DNA of 64,000 nt from the human T2T-CHM13v2.0 reference genome, Homo sapiens. The stretch lies in assembly GCF_009914755.1 (NCBI RefSeq), contig NC_060930.1, one strand, 5' to 3'. Numbering within the stretch: the stretch's first letter is position 1; each line of letters opens with the position of its first letter. A program made the translations under genes and the position numbers. Below, piece after piece: positions 31,452-45,100 of this stretch. The notes under the pieces are model-generated. The model was not told the origin of the DNA. It was given only the letters and a program-made list of their open reading frames with translations, and ran no database searches.

Positions 31452-33500
31452 TCTCCTGAGTCTGTATTTTAAGTTATTATTACTCATCTAGGACTAGGAA
31501 CATAAGTACTTACTTCCTGTCGTTTTACACAAAAATCTGTAAAAATATTTTTAAATATAAATAAGAAATAACTTTCAGTTTTTGTTGAAGTCTTTCAAGA
31601 AAACTGTATAGAAAATTAATAACTCTTAATGGATATTAAGCTCTAAAAGATTAAGTATTTGTTACTCTATCTAGAATTTTAGAAGGATTCCTTACCTATG
31701 TAGTTTGTGCTTTGGTGTATCTGTCCTTAAATGTTTTAAAAATAAAAATAGTGAGGTTAATTTCTTATGTTTACAATTATCAGTGAAGAAGAGTATCATC
31801 TGAATTTAATCTTTGTAGCTTTCACTAATATATATGAAGAAGTATATACTGTATATACTATGAAGACATAGAAAAGTAATCTCTAAAATCACCTTTGCCA
31901 CACGTTGTGTTCAGGTTACGGCCTCCACAAGATTTGATAATGGAGGGATACAAAGTAAATTTTAAAGTGATCAATCCTTTTGCTTTTTTGATTTGTGGGA
32001 CAACCTTTCAGATGCCAACTCTAAGGATAATTCATGTCTGAATTGTTGAAATCCATCTAGAATAGCCAACTCTATTTGGAATAATAGGGTTTAGGGCATA
32101 GACATTTCTCATTCATAATCTGACCATTGTAGGAGCAAAGGAGCAGACTGTCTTTAGAGCAGCATTTGTCAACCTACCACTCTGCTAAGAAATACATTTT
32201 ACATTATGATCCAGATTTGTGCTCACATGTGTGTGCAAATGTGCAAAACAACAATCTGGGAATATTTACCTTTCTTTTATGCAGTCAGTGTACTCTATTT
32301 TCTATTCTGTATCATTTTTATATGCCAAAAAAAGTTTCGTTGTGGCCCATAAAATAGATTTCAAAAACTGCTAGTGGGCCCCACCTGCAATTTGATAAAC
32401 TGTTTAGGATTTCTCTTATTCTCGCCTTAGTGTTTCTCTTTATTTTGCACAGCTATATATATGTTCTCATTTATACAGTTTCCTATGAAAATGGTTGATG
32501 ACTACCCATTTAAATTGAAATGTAAGGAAGATGAGAAGCTTTTAGAACACAGATACATGTGTGAACATCTGGAAGGAAAGATATTTTCCAAATTGTTTGC
32601 AGTAGTTCTGAGGGTGGGAGTTGGGATTACTAGAGGACCTCTGCATTGCTCAATTTAGCTTTTTCTTTCCTTTTCAAACTATGACAGATAGTTTCATACT
32701 CAGCAGCATTTTAAAAGGTAGTTCTAATTTGGTGACAAATGCCTTATAAACAAGAGTTTCTATTTGAATTTTTAAAAAAGATCCTTTTTAGCCTGAAGAG
32801 GTTCCAAAGTCTTAGATCATAGAAAATAAATAGGAAGGAATTCCTCACAAGTTTAGTTTGTTTTATGCTTTTTTCCATGGAAGAAGATTCAGTAAAATAC
32901 ACCAAAAAAAAAAAAAAAAGAATGCTAAATTTGGAGTGGCAGAAAATAAGAATTTTAGTTCCTGTATTCCTATTTGGCACATAACATCTGAGCCTCAGTT
33001 AATTTGCGGAATGAATGTGTTTGGCCAGATTTTCTAAGTTTATTTTCAACTTCAAAGTTTTCTGATTTTTAAGCCAAATTAAAATAGGGATTAGACTTAA
33101 CTACCTACTTAAAGACTACTTTAAGACACTCTTCAGAGTATTATAGGCTGTGATGAGACCAATGAAGACCCACCCCAGGAAGCTGCTAGGATCCTGCCCT
33201 GCAATATTTGAAGTTTGCATGCTCGTGGCCACACGATTCTCAGATTCCCTTGCAGATTTGATTATTTATAGTAGCAGATTGAGTAATCAGTTGAAAAGAA
33301 TTCCTTTCTTCATGACTACAGGGAATATTTTTCTTGAAATTATTTTGAAATCCTTTTGCTAAGCAAGATAAGTCTGAACCTGTATTAGAGGTTGAAAAGT
33401 GAAAGAATAGAGAATGTGAAATGGATTATGTTAAACTTCTGAAAATTATATACTGTTACAGGTGGCTAATTCTTTATTTGAGAGAGTTATTAAAGAATTG

Positions 33501-33837
<337 letters not shown>

Positions 33838-34021
33838 TTAAACAATAATTCTAAGGGAGAGTGTAGTGATTAAAAAACAAATAAGGGTAGATATGTGTTC
33901 TTAGAAGTTAACGTATCTCTAATAGCTAACAAAAAATGAACTCATGTAACAACTAAGTTGTGAATTCTTCAGGTAGTTGTAGAAGAAATGATCTTGAAAT
34001 GGTTTGAGAAATGAATGAATG

Positions 34022-34338
34022 TTTTCTTTATTTATTTATTTCATTTTGTTTTTAAGAGATGGGGTCTTACTCTGTTGCCCAGGCTGGAACTGCGGTAGTG
34101 CAATCATAGCTCACTGCAGCCTTGACCTCCTGGGCTCAACCAATCCTCCAGCCTCAGCCTCCCGAGTAGCTGAGACTACAGGTGTGCACCACCACACCCA
34201 GCTAATTTTTTCATTTTTTGTAGAGACAGACTCTTGCTATGTTGCGCAGGCTGGTCTCAAACTCCTGGGCTTAAGGGATCCTCCTACCTTGTCCTCCTAA
34301 AGTGCTGGTATTACAGGTGTGAGTCACTGCACTCAACT
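34022..34338 (-). mobile_element. AluJ
   Basis: caatcatagctcactgcagccttgacctcctgggctcaa; both arms; tgaaYgtttt on both flanks. Confidence 0.93.
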
Positions 34339-34663
34339 GAACGTTTTATTTTCTTAGTTTATTAGAAGTAGGCTTTAGAATTGATAATCCAGTAGGTGTA
34401 GGTTTTTTCATTCTGTCCTACGCAATGTTTTTTGTGAGAAAGTAAGTTTGGAATGTGTAACTATGACTTCGGCTCCTGAGAACTAGAAGAATATTATATT
34501 TAAAAAGTAATTAATAATGTAGATTCAGGAAGAAAGTATATCAAATACCATTTCATTAGGCTTTTCCTGGCAGTTGTGTCTCATGTATCATACAGTGTGT
34601 GGATGATGGGCTAACAGTGTGCTCACGAAGACTCCAAGGCCTCCCCAGTCTCAGCTAACAGGA

Positions 34664-35002
34664 TGTATTAGTCCGTTTTCATGCCGCGGATAAAGACATA
34701 CCCGAGACTGGGCAATTTACAGAAGAAAGAGGTTTAATTGGACTCTCAGTTCCATGTGGCTGGGGAGGCCTCACAATCATGATGGAAGGCAAGGAAGAGC
34801 AAGTCACATCTTATGTGAATGGCAGCAGGCAAAGACAGCCTGTGTAGGGAAACTACCCCTTATAATACCGTCAAATCAACAGCACAGGAAAGACCCGCCC
34901 CCGTGATTTAATTACCTCCCACTGGGTCCCTCCCACAACACATGGGAATTATGGGAGCTATAAGATGAGATTTGGGTGGAGACACAGAACGAAACTGTAT
35001 CA
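34664..35002 (-). mobile_element. THE1 (THE1B-like) solo LTR with 5-bp TSD CAGGA
   Basis: TG...CA termini; gataaagacatacccgagactggg; cagga at 34659-34663 and 35003-35007. Confidence 0.93.
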
Positions 35003-35209
35003 CAGGAGTACATTAGTAGTAGCTAGGAAATAATATGAAATGCATTTCTTCAAAATATATAATTTCATATAAAAGATGGGAATTACGGGATCTACAAGAT
35101 GAAATTTGAGTGGGGACACACAGCCAAACTCTATCACAGAAGTACATTAATAGTAGCTAGGAACTAATATGAAATGCATTTCTTTAAAATGTGTAATTTC
35201 ATATAAAAG
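34942..35209. repeat. 134-bp tandem duplication spanning the THE1 LTR end and flank
   Basis: Units 34942-35075 and 35076-35209, about 16 substitutions by eye, no indels. Confidence 0.93.
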
Positions 35210-35472
35210 AGCTAGTAGTTAAGGACAATTATATTAAGAGTTAAATTGTTTTATTCACTATTTTGGGGTCCCAATATGTGAGGATTGTCATTGCAACTTC
35301 AACAGTCATGTTCGCTTGTTTTGTATATGACAAATAATATTCTAGGTTTTATTATACTATGTTTCATATTTTTTTTACACTAACTTTATCAGAACCCTGT
35401 AATTAATTGGGGCTTAAAATCTTGTTAAATTTACTTAAGAAAAATTAATAAATCCAATTATTTACTTTAAAG

Positions 35473-35560
35473 CTGCAGAAGAAAGATCAGCAACTGGAGC
35501 CTAAAAAAAGTACCAGCCCTAAAAAAGCTGCGGAGCCCACTGTGGATCTTTTAGGACTTG
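35473..35560 (+). CDS. SMAP1: SMAP1 coding exon (probably exon 7): LQKKDQQLEPKKSTSPKKAAEPTVDLLGL
   Basis: tttaaAG|ctg...cttg|GTAAGT; 88 nt, phase 0 to 1; recognised SMAP1 peptide including the start of clathrin box LLGLD. Confidence 0.95.
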
Positions 35561-36824
35561 GTAAGTAATAAAAAATAAAAGTCACTGCTGGAGTTACAAA
35601 ACAATTGAAACCTTTACTTGGAGTGAATATAATGGCTTTATCTTGAGTATGCCAAAACGTACCTGTTAACTGAATTTGAAAATGGTATGATTAGTTTGCT
35701 AACTTCCCACAAAAAAGAAATCTTTAATAAGGGAGCCAGTGTCTGTCAGCACTGTTTTCACTGAAATACAAGTAATGAGTTCTTTGGGGAAAAGAAGATA
35801 TCAAAGTAATCTTCAAAGGCTTGCTGGATGTGACATTTTAGCGCTTACAATAAAGAGTGGATTATTTTCTCTTCTCTCTCTCTCTTTCTCGAATTTTTAG
35901 TTTTGTGGGGGATTTTTCCTCTTAGCAAAATAATTCTAGGGTAGCCTTATTGTAAAATACGTTGGTTTAAAATAAAATTTAATTTTGGTTAACTGAAGCA
36001 ACACATTTTGCATCCAGATCTAGTGACTAGATTCATATAACTTATTCAATGAGAATAAGAAGTGCTAATTTTAATATAATGTCCTGTTTGTTCTCATGGC
36101 TGAAAGGTATATATTGTCTATGTGGTAAGTAAACAGGCCTTCATTCAAGGAGTGTTTATAGTGTGCTTATCTACAAATATTGTTAGCTTCTCTCTCTCTC
36201 TTTTTTTTTTTTTACATTTTTTTCTTCTAAAAGAATTGGCTTGATGAAAGGTTACTTTTAGTAATACCTGAGCCTTGGCACAGGAATAATTTAAATTTTT
36301 CTTTTTTTTTAGTTTGGAGAAAGATTGAGAAGGAAAAGAGTGAAAGGCAGTTAGTTGAAGTGGAAGAGTTGACCTTCATGTACTGCTTTCCAAAAAATTG
36401 ATCCTAGTTGTTATTGAATAAATTGTTGTCTGTTTTAAGAATTATAGCTGAATGTTTTATTCATTTCTTAGGAAGCTGGTACATCGTACAAATATACTCC
36501 CTGGAGGTACAATTCTTCTATGATGGTAAAAAGTTGTGTATTAGAAATATAAAAAATAACTGTAATTTTGAAAATAAGGCTTCAGTCCAGGGGCTCTAAA
36601 TATAATTATGTTGAATTGTAGTCCTCATAATTTCTTGTTTTATTTCCTTTACTGTAAATGAGAGAAAAAGAAAAGAAATTATTATTAAAGTAAAAAAAAA
36701 TCTTAGTAAAACTTTAGTATATCATTATCTTCACTGCAGCATTTCTTTTCCAGTCTACATGCCTGGTTTATTAGTTCATAACTTAGAAATATAAAATATA
36801 ATCTAGGCCTGATTCATATCTTAC

Positions 36825-37460
36825 ACTCATTCATTCACCAAATAGCTACTGTCTATTGTGTGTCAAGGTACCATTGTAGATACTAGGGAGATAGATCTGA
36901 AAGAGGACAGACTGCAACCCCTGCCTTCTGGGGCTTTCATTCCATCTGGAGAGACAGTGAATAAACAATTAAATAAAATATATTGTAGGTTATATGTGGT
37001 AAATACTATAGATGAAAGAAAACAAAAATGGATGGTTGTAATTTTAAATAGGGTGGACGGGGGGCATTCACAGATGTCTTATTGGAGCAAAGAGGTGAAG
37101 AAGGTCTGGGTATCTGGATCTGTAAGCAAGAGTATTCTGAGAAGAACACAGCAGATGCAAAGGCTCTTCAGTAGGAGCCTACTTGAAGTGTGCAAGGACC
37201 AGCAAGGATGACAGTGTGGCTAAAGTGGAATGATCTAGGGGAGAGTAGTAACAGAGGAGACAAGGAAGGAGGGGGTAGGGAGGGGGCAAGCTGAGTATAA
37301 CAGGACTTTGGCTTTAACTCTGAGTGACCTGGAAAGACACTGGAGGAATTTGCTGAAAAGAAATAATCTGACTTTTGTATTTGAAGAATTATTGTGGCGG
37401 TTGTGCTGAGACTAGATTATAGTAGGGCAAGGTGGACAGGAAAGGGTTTTTTTAAGGATG
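36825..37460 (-). mobile_element. L2 fragment
   Basis: cattcattcaccaaatag...tgtgtcaagg...ggactttggctttaactctgagtga...gaagaattattgtggc. Confidence 0.7.
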
Positions 37461-38958
37461 ACATTACAAGATGTTTAGTGTTAGAAATGAGCTTGTAGAG
37501 AGGTAAATCTGATACTTTCAGGACAAGGAAAAATTGCTCTAGCAGTGTCCTTGAATAGCCCGGAGTGGATGGGATCTAGTTGACAAACGGTATGAGTGGC
37601 CTTTCAGATACTCCATTATTGTTGGAATAATACTGCATAGTAAATAAGCCTCAGGTTTCAACAGCTTACAACATTAAACATCTGTTTCTCTTTCTGTGGG
37701 TCAGCTAGGGCAGCTCTACTGTAACTTCATTTGATACATTTTCTACCTTCCTGATTATTGCAGGGCACTTTTTACCAGCCATTTCACTATTGCAATATGT
37801 GTCTCCATTTTAAGTTCCAACAGTGTTTCCTTATCTTCTACCACCTTGTCTCAAAGTCATTGCACAGATTTTAGGGTTTGGTTGTGGCAGCACCCTTCTT
37901 GTATCAGTTTCTAAAGTAGTCAGCTCTTGCTGTGTGTGTTACATAGCAAACAACTCCAAAATTTCAGTGGCTTACATCAACTAACATTTATTTCTGTCAC
38001 TCATGGGCCTGTAGGTCTGCTGGGATGTCACTCTTTTGGACAGTGGAACATTTTCAGGACAGTGTCTTTAAGGGAGAACCAAAGTTCATTTAGCAGGAGA
38101 AGTTAGGGAATGTTTGTGAAAAAAGGTTAAGAATATAAGGGGGATTTTGCAATGACTCACAGTGGGTCATTAGATCATTTGGCAGAAGAGTTCCAAAGAT
38201 AGGAGGAGTGGGAGATGGGGTTAGAAAGAGGGCTGTCTTGCTGTGAGGGAGTTGTAGCAGCAGGGAAGAGGAAGTGTCTTACCCAGAGCACATACAGCTC
38301 TTCACATCTGCTGGTTATCAATTTCCTAAACTCTTAAAAAATATTTTCAGACTTTTTTTTTAAAAAAGCTATGTTTCAGCATAAAATCGATGAATTCATG
38401 AAAGTCCAGGAGACTACAGAGAATCAAAGGTCTCTTTCAGCTCAAAACAAACAGTGGTTCTAAATCTGGATTGATGATTGGTGTCCACCTTGGGCCTCAG
38501 GCTATTTATCTGCTCAGAAGCATGCCGCTCTCCTCCAATGGGACCCTGGTTTTCCCCTGTAAATTGAAACACAGCGGGGATTGGGGGCGTAGGTGCCTTG
38601 AAGTATGATTTATGGTCATGCAAAGATGACAGCATATCTCCGTATGAGTGAGACTAGAACAGACATTAACTTAAAACATTTCCAGAAAATATAGAGAGAA
38701 CTTGTATAGCGATAGTTCAGTTAACACAGCTATGGATCCTTGGGACTCACGGCCTTCTTTATCACTCTTAACAGTTTCATAATAGCCTAATACTTAAGAC
38801 TAGTTTTTGATCTTTCCTTTATATGGGACTTTAATGAACTTACTTTCTTTTGTGTAACCCAGTAACTCAGGTAAAACCTTTCTTAAGCTCACCTTTCCTG
38901 ATCTACTACCCATTCAAAGTTCAAACATAAAATGCTTTATATTATATATACTTTATAG

Positions 38959-39170
38959 CAGAGGTTGTCCATTTTTTTCCAAGAAGGGCCAAATAGACAT
39001 TATTTTTGGCTTTGCAGGCCTTATGATCTCTTACAACTATTCAACTCCCATTGTAGTGTGCAAGTAGCCATAAACAAACATGTAAATGAATGAGCATGCT
39101 TGTGTTCCGATCATGCTTGTGTTCCTATCAACTGTAAAAACAGGCATGGGCTAGGGTTTGCTCACCCCTG
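38959..39170 (+). mobile_element. MER58A with an imperfect 8-bp TSD and an internal 17-bp duplication
   Basis: ctttatag|cagagg ... cacccctg|ctttatgt; catgcttgtgttccKat occurs twice at 39095-39128. Confidence 0.8.
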
Positions 39171-41899
39171 CTTTATGTTCCCAATAGTACCTACAAGAGC
39201 TGCCTCATATTTAGATATTAATTTGTGTTTGAAAGCTATAGGACTACTATTTATTATAGTACTTTACTCTCTAATACCATAAACAGGGTGAGATACTTGA
39301 CTTGCCTCGTCTTAGAAATTACCAAGGGCCTGGGGCCCCTCTTGACTAAGTGCCAGATTGAATAATCTCTGAATGTACCAGATTTGAATCAAACACAGAC
39401 ATATCCTGACTTGAGTATGCACGTCCTATGTTAAAATAGAATTAAAATCAGCTTCTAGGGTTTGTGAGAAGAGTGCTCTTCGGGTCCCCTTACTTAGGAA
39501 GCTAGTTTAGGACTGTGAATTATACTGTTAGGGTAGTGTCTATTCTTTGTTGTTTATTAGTTTTAAAGATGATAAAAATTGACAGACTGCTTACCAATTG
39601 GTTAGGACAGTTCCCCCCGACTAATGCTTCTATTCAATGGGGCTCATTTTTAGAGTGTGGGGGCATAAGACCGCCTCTGAGAATAAAGTCTTCAAGGGCG
39701 AGCACATGCTTTGGGCATAAGGCTTGAGAAGAATTACACATTAGTGGCCTTGAATGTGACCTTAGAGGTTTCATTTCAACCTCCCATTAATGGTTCCTGC
39801 AGGGGTTCTGTTTTGTGGCCATCTGTGTACCACATGCGCACTGCAGAGCAGCCTGGTTCCTTGTCAGGAGGCGTTACCCACAGTCCTACCAGACACAGAG
39901 TTGTATGTGTCGGGTGCACTGCCGAGGCTGTCTGGGGGGACCGCATCCTCTCAGTGCCCCAGAAAGCATCTCACAAAGAATCGAGTCATGATCTTGGTAA
40001 TGAAAATCTAGCTCAGGGGTGTACATCATGTGTTTCTCTATTCACTGCTTATATAAAACTGATTTGATTTTATCCATTCTATTCGTTACTTTAATCTGGG
40101 GAAATTTCTATCTAAACATTCATAACTTTTACTTTAAATTATTTTAAATACTGAACTATATGGAGAAGTAGGTAGAGATTCCCTCAGTTTTTTCTTAATT
40201 GAAACACTCAAAGGAACATACAGTTTTGGGCAAGTCGATGAGAAAAGTTTGCAAATTTTAGTTCCCCCATTCATGTTTGTGTTCAGGAAATAAAGGCTTT
40301 AACATATGACAGTGGTCAAGACAATGCTAGTGAAATTAAGCCATTAGTATATAACCCATTTTATTATTAGCAACATATACCCAGTTTTATATGAGAGAGG
40401 TGAATACAGAAAGTACTCTACTTACCTTTCAAACAGAAGATTCCTACAGAGAAATTTCTAGCCATTTCTCAAAGTCCATGTGCTATATAAAGCAAATTTG
40501 GGAATGAGCTGAGTAAAAGAATGCCAGATTTAGCAGCAGTGGTCCTGGTGATCCACAGTTACCAGTGGACCTGGAAAACCGCTGGTGTCCTAGAGCTACC
40601 TATTTGATCAGATCTGGAGGACGTTTGTGTAGTTATGTGCACATTCCCCTTCTCTTGGAGGAGGATTGAAGGTGAGGAAGACTGTAGCAGAAGTGCCCAA
40701 GAAAATTTTATAGTCAAGTTATGTTTTTCAGAGATGGTTTAAAACCTGATAACAACTTGTATTGCCTCTGCTCAGAAAAGTATGTTCAGTGAACTATTAT
40801 TATGAACTATTATTACCCTTTCAAAAAGGAGGTCTCAGGGATTGGTTTATTCTTATGTAGTCACACTGCATAGGAAAGAAAATGCAGTTACATGAATATA
40901 TTGGTGTAAGGTAACTAGCAATGGGCGGATACTTGCAAGTGGTCCTGAGTCAGTAGTAGGGCAGTTGGTGAACTGACACCAGAAACGGGTGCCGCTGGGT
41001 GAGTTGATGATATCACAGACTTTAGAAGAGAGCAAGAAGGGACAGCTTCTTAGAAACAGCACAGAACCTCCAGAGAATGTGCTGGTGGATAGGACAAAGA
41101 ATTGTTAGGTGTTGAGAGGAGTAAAATTGACCTCTGAATGAGGCGACTTCAAACTACGAGTAACAGGAAGCCTGAAAATGGCTTAAACATAAGGACATCT
41201 AATTATCTCATTTGAAGAGAAATCGGGAGACACGGTGGTTTGGGGCCGTGCAGTGGTGGAACAGTGAGCGCAGGGAGCCAGCTTCCTCTTTGCTTCTCCT
41301 CATTCTGCCGCCCTCATCACAGCACTGGCTTTACTCTGGAGGCTTGTCACCTTATGGCCAACACATGGAAGGTGCAGCATCCTATCCTCAGGACCACGCC
41401 TAAAGGATGGCTTTTCCTTACCAGTTTCTTTTCTCAGGAGTAAAAACTTGCCAGAAAATTCCCCAGCAGGATTCCCAGGGTACGCTTGGTCAGAATTGGA
41501 TTATATTACCTCACTAGTTGCAAGAGAGGCTAGGAAAATAGTATTCATCCTATAGAATGGAGGTAGGCTGTGCCAGCAAGAAGCGCCCAGATGGGGCTTT
41601 GGCAGTCTGTGGTATCTGGCACAGTTGCATTTCATCCTGACAGCAGCTCTTTAGGGTAGAGAGTATTTTACACACCCACACACACTCCCCCCCCCCTTTT
41701 TAAAATTAACTAATAATAAAACTAACAACTAATAAGCTAACAAAAATTAATTTCCAAGGCACTGCTGCTGTACTGTATAGAATTGGGACTCAAACCTAGA
41801 TGTGTTTAATGCCAAAGTCTAATTTCAGCTCTTAAGATGAACCAAAGCAAGGCATCTAACCCAAGTATTAAATTATCTTATTATTTTAATAATCAGATA

Positions 41900-42128
41900 C
41901 TGCTAACTAGATGCCAGGGGCTGTCTTGTGTGCTGACAGATATTTATTTATTGAATTTTTGCAACAGCCCTGAGATTGGTGAACTATCATTATTTCGCTT
42001 TTATAGAAGAGAAAACTGAGGCACAGAGAGGTTAAGTGAGTTGCACAAGGTCACACAGCTGGTAGATTACAAAACTGGGATTTAGACTGAGTAGTCTGAC
42101 TTCGGGGCTCAGATTCTTAACACTATGT
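41900..42128 (+). mobile_element. MIR
   Basis: gaaaactgaggcacagagaggttaagtgagttgcacaaggtcacacagctggt (MIR core). Confidence 0.85.
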
Positions 42129-45100
42129 TGAGCTGTGATAGAAAATAAAACTCTAACAGGTGAGATTGTGCTATACACGAAATAGACATTGGACCCATTC
42201 ATCAAATCAATAGATGGCAGTATTAAGTCATGGGGGTGGGACACTTGGTTTAGAGGTAGTACCTGGGTTTTGTCTGCCCTCTAGCAGCTTCGTCTGGGAA
42301 ATGGAAATAGGAACTCTTCTGTAGCTGAGGGCCAGAATAAATGGTGTGCTTTATGTGAAGCACCTAGCACAGTAACTTGCACACAGTCCTGTGCTGAGAC
42401 TATAACCTGAACACCAGGTCATGGGAGATCACCAAGAGGTAGTACAGGCCTTTGAAGGAATGTGTGGAGAAGGGACTCAAAAATTATGCTGAGTAACACA
42501 CAGTAGGACTCCTGCTGGGTTATTCCTTTAATAGCCACTACCATTAGAGAGAAAGAGGGAGATAGAGGGAAACAGTGATTGCAAAGCATGGTCTGTGGCC
42601 TCTGATGGATTTGCAGTTGACTAAAAGAACTGAGGAAATTGGGTGGCCTCAGGAATCTAGTTTATCACCATTTTAAACATTTAGAAAGAAATTTGGTTAT
42701 ACAATCTGGTTTCATATTTATATATTTCTTATTTTTTGAGGCCATAAAATGGTGCAGTGATTTGATATATATTTATTTTTTAAACAATCAGTTCTACAAA
42801 GCTTCCTCCTTATACCACTTCTCAGCTATTTCAGATAGCTCTAAATCAGAGTGCGTGTGTGTGTGTACACATGTGTGCATGTGTGTGTGGTGTCTTCTGA
42901 AAGACAGTAGCACCATGGGGCTCTTCCCCTTACAGAGCATCATAGTGCCTGTGCATAAGAGAATCCCCTGATCAAAAGTTGGCTGGTTTGTAGAAATGTG
43001 TAGTAGATTTCCCTGCTGGCACAGTAGACTGGCATTTGGTAGTGGCTTGAAAAGGGAGGGCCAAATACAGTAAGAGGATTAGGATTATCTTTTAAGACCA
43101 TGTTAGTCATTTTAGCAAATTAGCCTAAATACTATTTAACTGTATAAAAAATTAACTGAAAAATAAAAATAAATAGCTCCAGTTAGCTCTCAGGCACACT
43201 TAAACAAATTGAAAACAACTTAAAGCTTGAAAAGTTTAATATGCTTCAAATGGACATTTGTGACTTGAATTTACTAAAATAAGACATGTGAGTTGATGTT
43301 ACAAATCAAGTCTTGTGTTTTAATATAAAGGAATTCCAAGTAATAATAAAAATTAAGGAGAAAACTTTAAATGGCTTATTGAGTAGAAAATAAAAAGGGT
43401 TCTTTGATCAACGTGAAAATTTAGAAAGCTTTAAGGAGTTTTGCCATTAAGGAGAGAATCACTTCATATCATGGACGCAGCCTTCTTTAAACAGTGCTGT
43501 TTCCACTTTAATTTCATCACTGGTTATGATGACGCTTCACTAGTTATGGAAGAAGAATTAGATTTGGGAGTTTTCATTGTAGCAAGGGTGTACTACAGGT
43601 AGAAGGTTCATGCTCAGTCAAAAATGGTAATGAAAAACAGCCATTTGCCACATTCTTATCTGCCTTAAACTAGATTAGTAATACATAAAATCTCATGTTG
43701 CTCTTTGACATTTTTTCTTATTTGTGCAAATAGATTATGATCAGCTAATGCCTCTGACATTCAAGTAAAGGATGAATTCAATTAATATTTATTGAGCACC
43801 AGCAGAGTTCATGGAACACTGGTAAACACCAGAAGATGCAGCTCTGTGTGTTTATAGTAGTGCAAGAGGGGGATGGGGCTGCTGTCCAGAAACTGGAAGA
43901 CAGAATTATCATTGAGGGAAAAGATGGGATTATCTAAGAGAACTGGTTGTGAGGATTCAGTTTGAAATCTGGATTAATGCTAAAATTCCAATTTAAATTC
44001 TATTTTCCTTAATTCAGAGGTTGATTTTTTCTTGCTGCAGCTAGAGGAGAATAAAATAAGTTTATTTTGTACTATGCAAACTTATTTCAAGTAAAATCTA
44101 ATGTTTTACGGACATCACCTTTAGAGTGAATAACAGTTGGAAAAGATAAGCAAATGCCCAGATAAATGCAGCTTTTAGAGCTGTACCTTTGTAGAGGATC
44201 TTATGATTTAAAACCCATCTGTATCTTATCATAGGGCACACAAGTGCTATGTTAGGACAGTTGGAACAGATGAGCAAGAGGGTAAGATATGGCTCCGACC
44301 AGTGAGGTAGCAGGTAGAATAGTCCTGGGAGGTGCCGTGACAACAGTGATGCACTGAGGTTTGGACAGAGGGGCGCTGGAGACACATTTATGATTGAGAG
44401 AAAGAATTCCAGCCTCACTGTACTTGTTCAACTGGAAAGGGGAAGCCCTGGTGTAGGGATTCTAGTTAAGAAGCAGTTGTAATCTCATAGGCAGATAGTT
44501 GTGTGGAAGCTGTGTCTATGAAAACAGAGGAAGAGGAGCCAGTCCAGGATATTGGTAGCAATGGCTGTGGAGTCTTCAAGGAGAATGTGGCTGTAAACTC
44601 TAAGAGAGGCGATTTTACAGGAGAAGGATCAGCTAGGGCTAAATGTGCTGGTGGTAAGTAGGAAGAGGACTGAAAAGGATTTGTAGCCAGGAGATTGCTT
44701 GTACTTTTCAAAAATAGTGTCATTATTTCACTTTTCTCCCACAAAAGTAGGATCACCTGAACTACTATTTGTTTTCCGCCATGGCTCTGCTGTCACCAAG
44801 AAATCCTCCCATAACCTGTGTTTGGAAAGCATTTCAATTAATCATGTATTGAGTATGTGCCTTAATCCACGCATTGAATTAAGGAGGCAGCTGCACTCTT
44901 CCTGGTGACGAAGCAGGTGGGACTGGTCATGGCTCGGGGCTATAAAAGTGGTGCCAGCGAGGAGTAAAGAGGCTTCTGGAGTACTGGGGCATGCCTGTTC
45001 AGCCTAAGAACATTCCGATGCCATAAAAACTAAAAATGAAAAGGATAAGATGCTTGGGAAGGCTTCTACTTTGCAGCCCCTGGATTAGCGGAACATTTGG

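Noticed and set aside
37262-37290. G-rich run as a possible G-quadruplex
   Set aside because: Only three tracts of three or more G, and inside an L2 remnant.
39711-40067. 118-aa ORF in a mildly CpG-richer patch
   Set aside because: Non-ATG start, no recognisable domain or exon structure; at most an enhancer, which I cannot support from sequence.
44360-44380. CTCF-like ggacagaggggcgctg
   Set aside because: The 5' half of the core does not align to the consensus.
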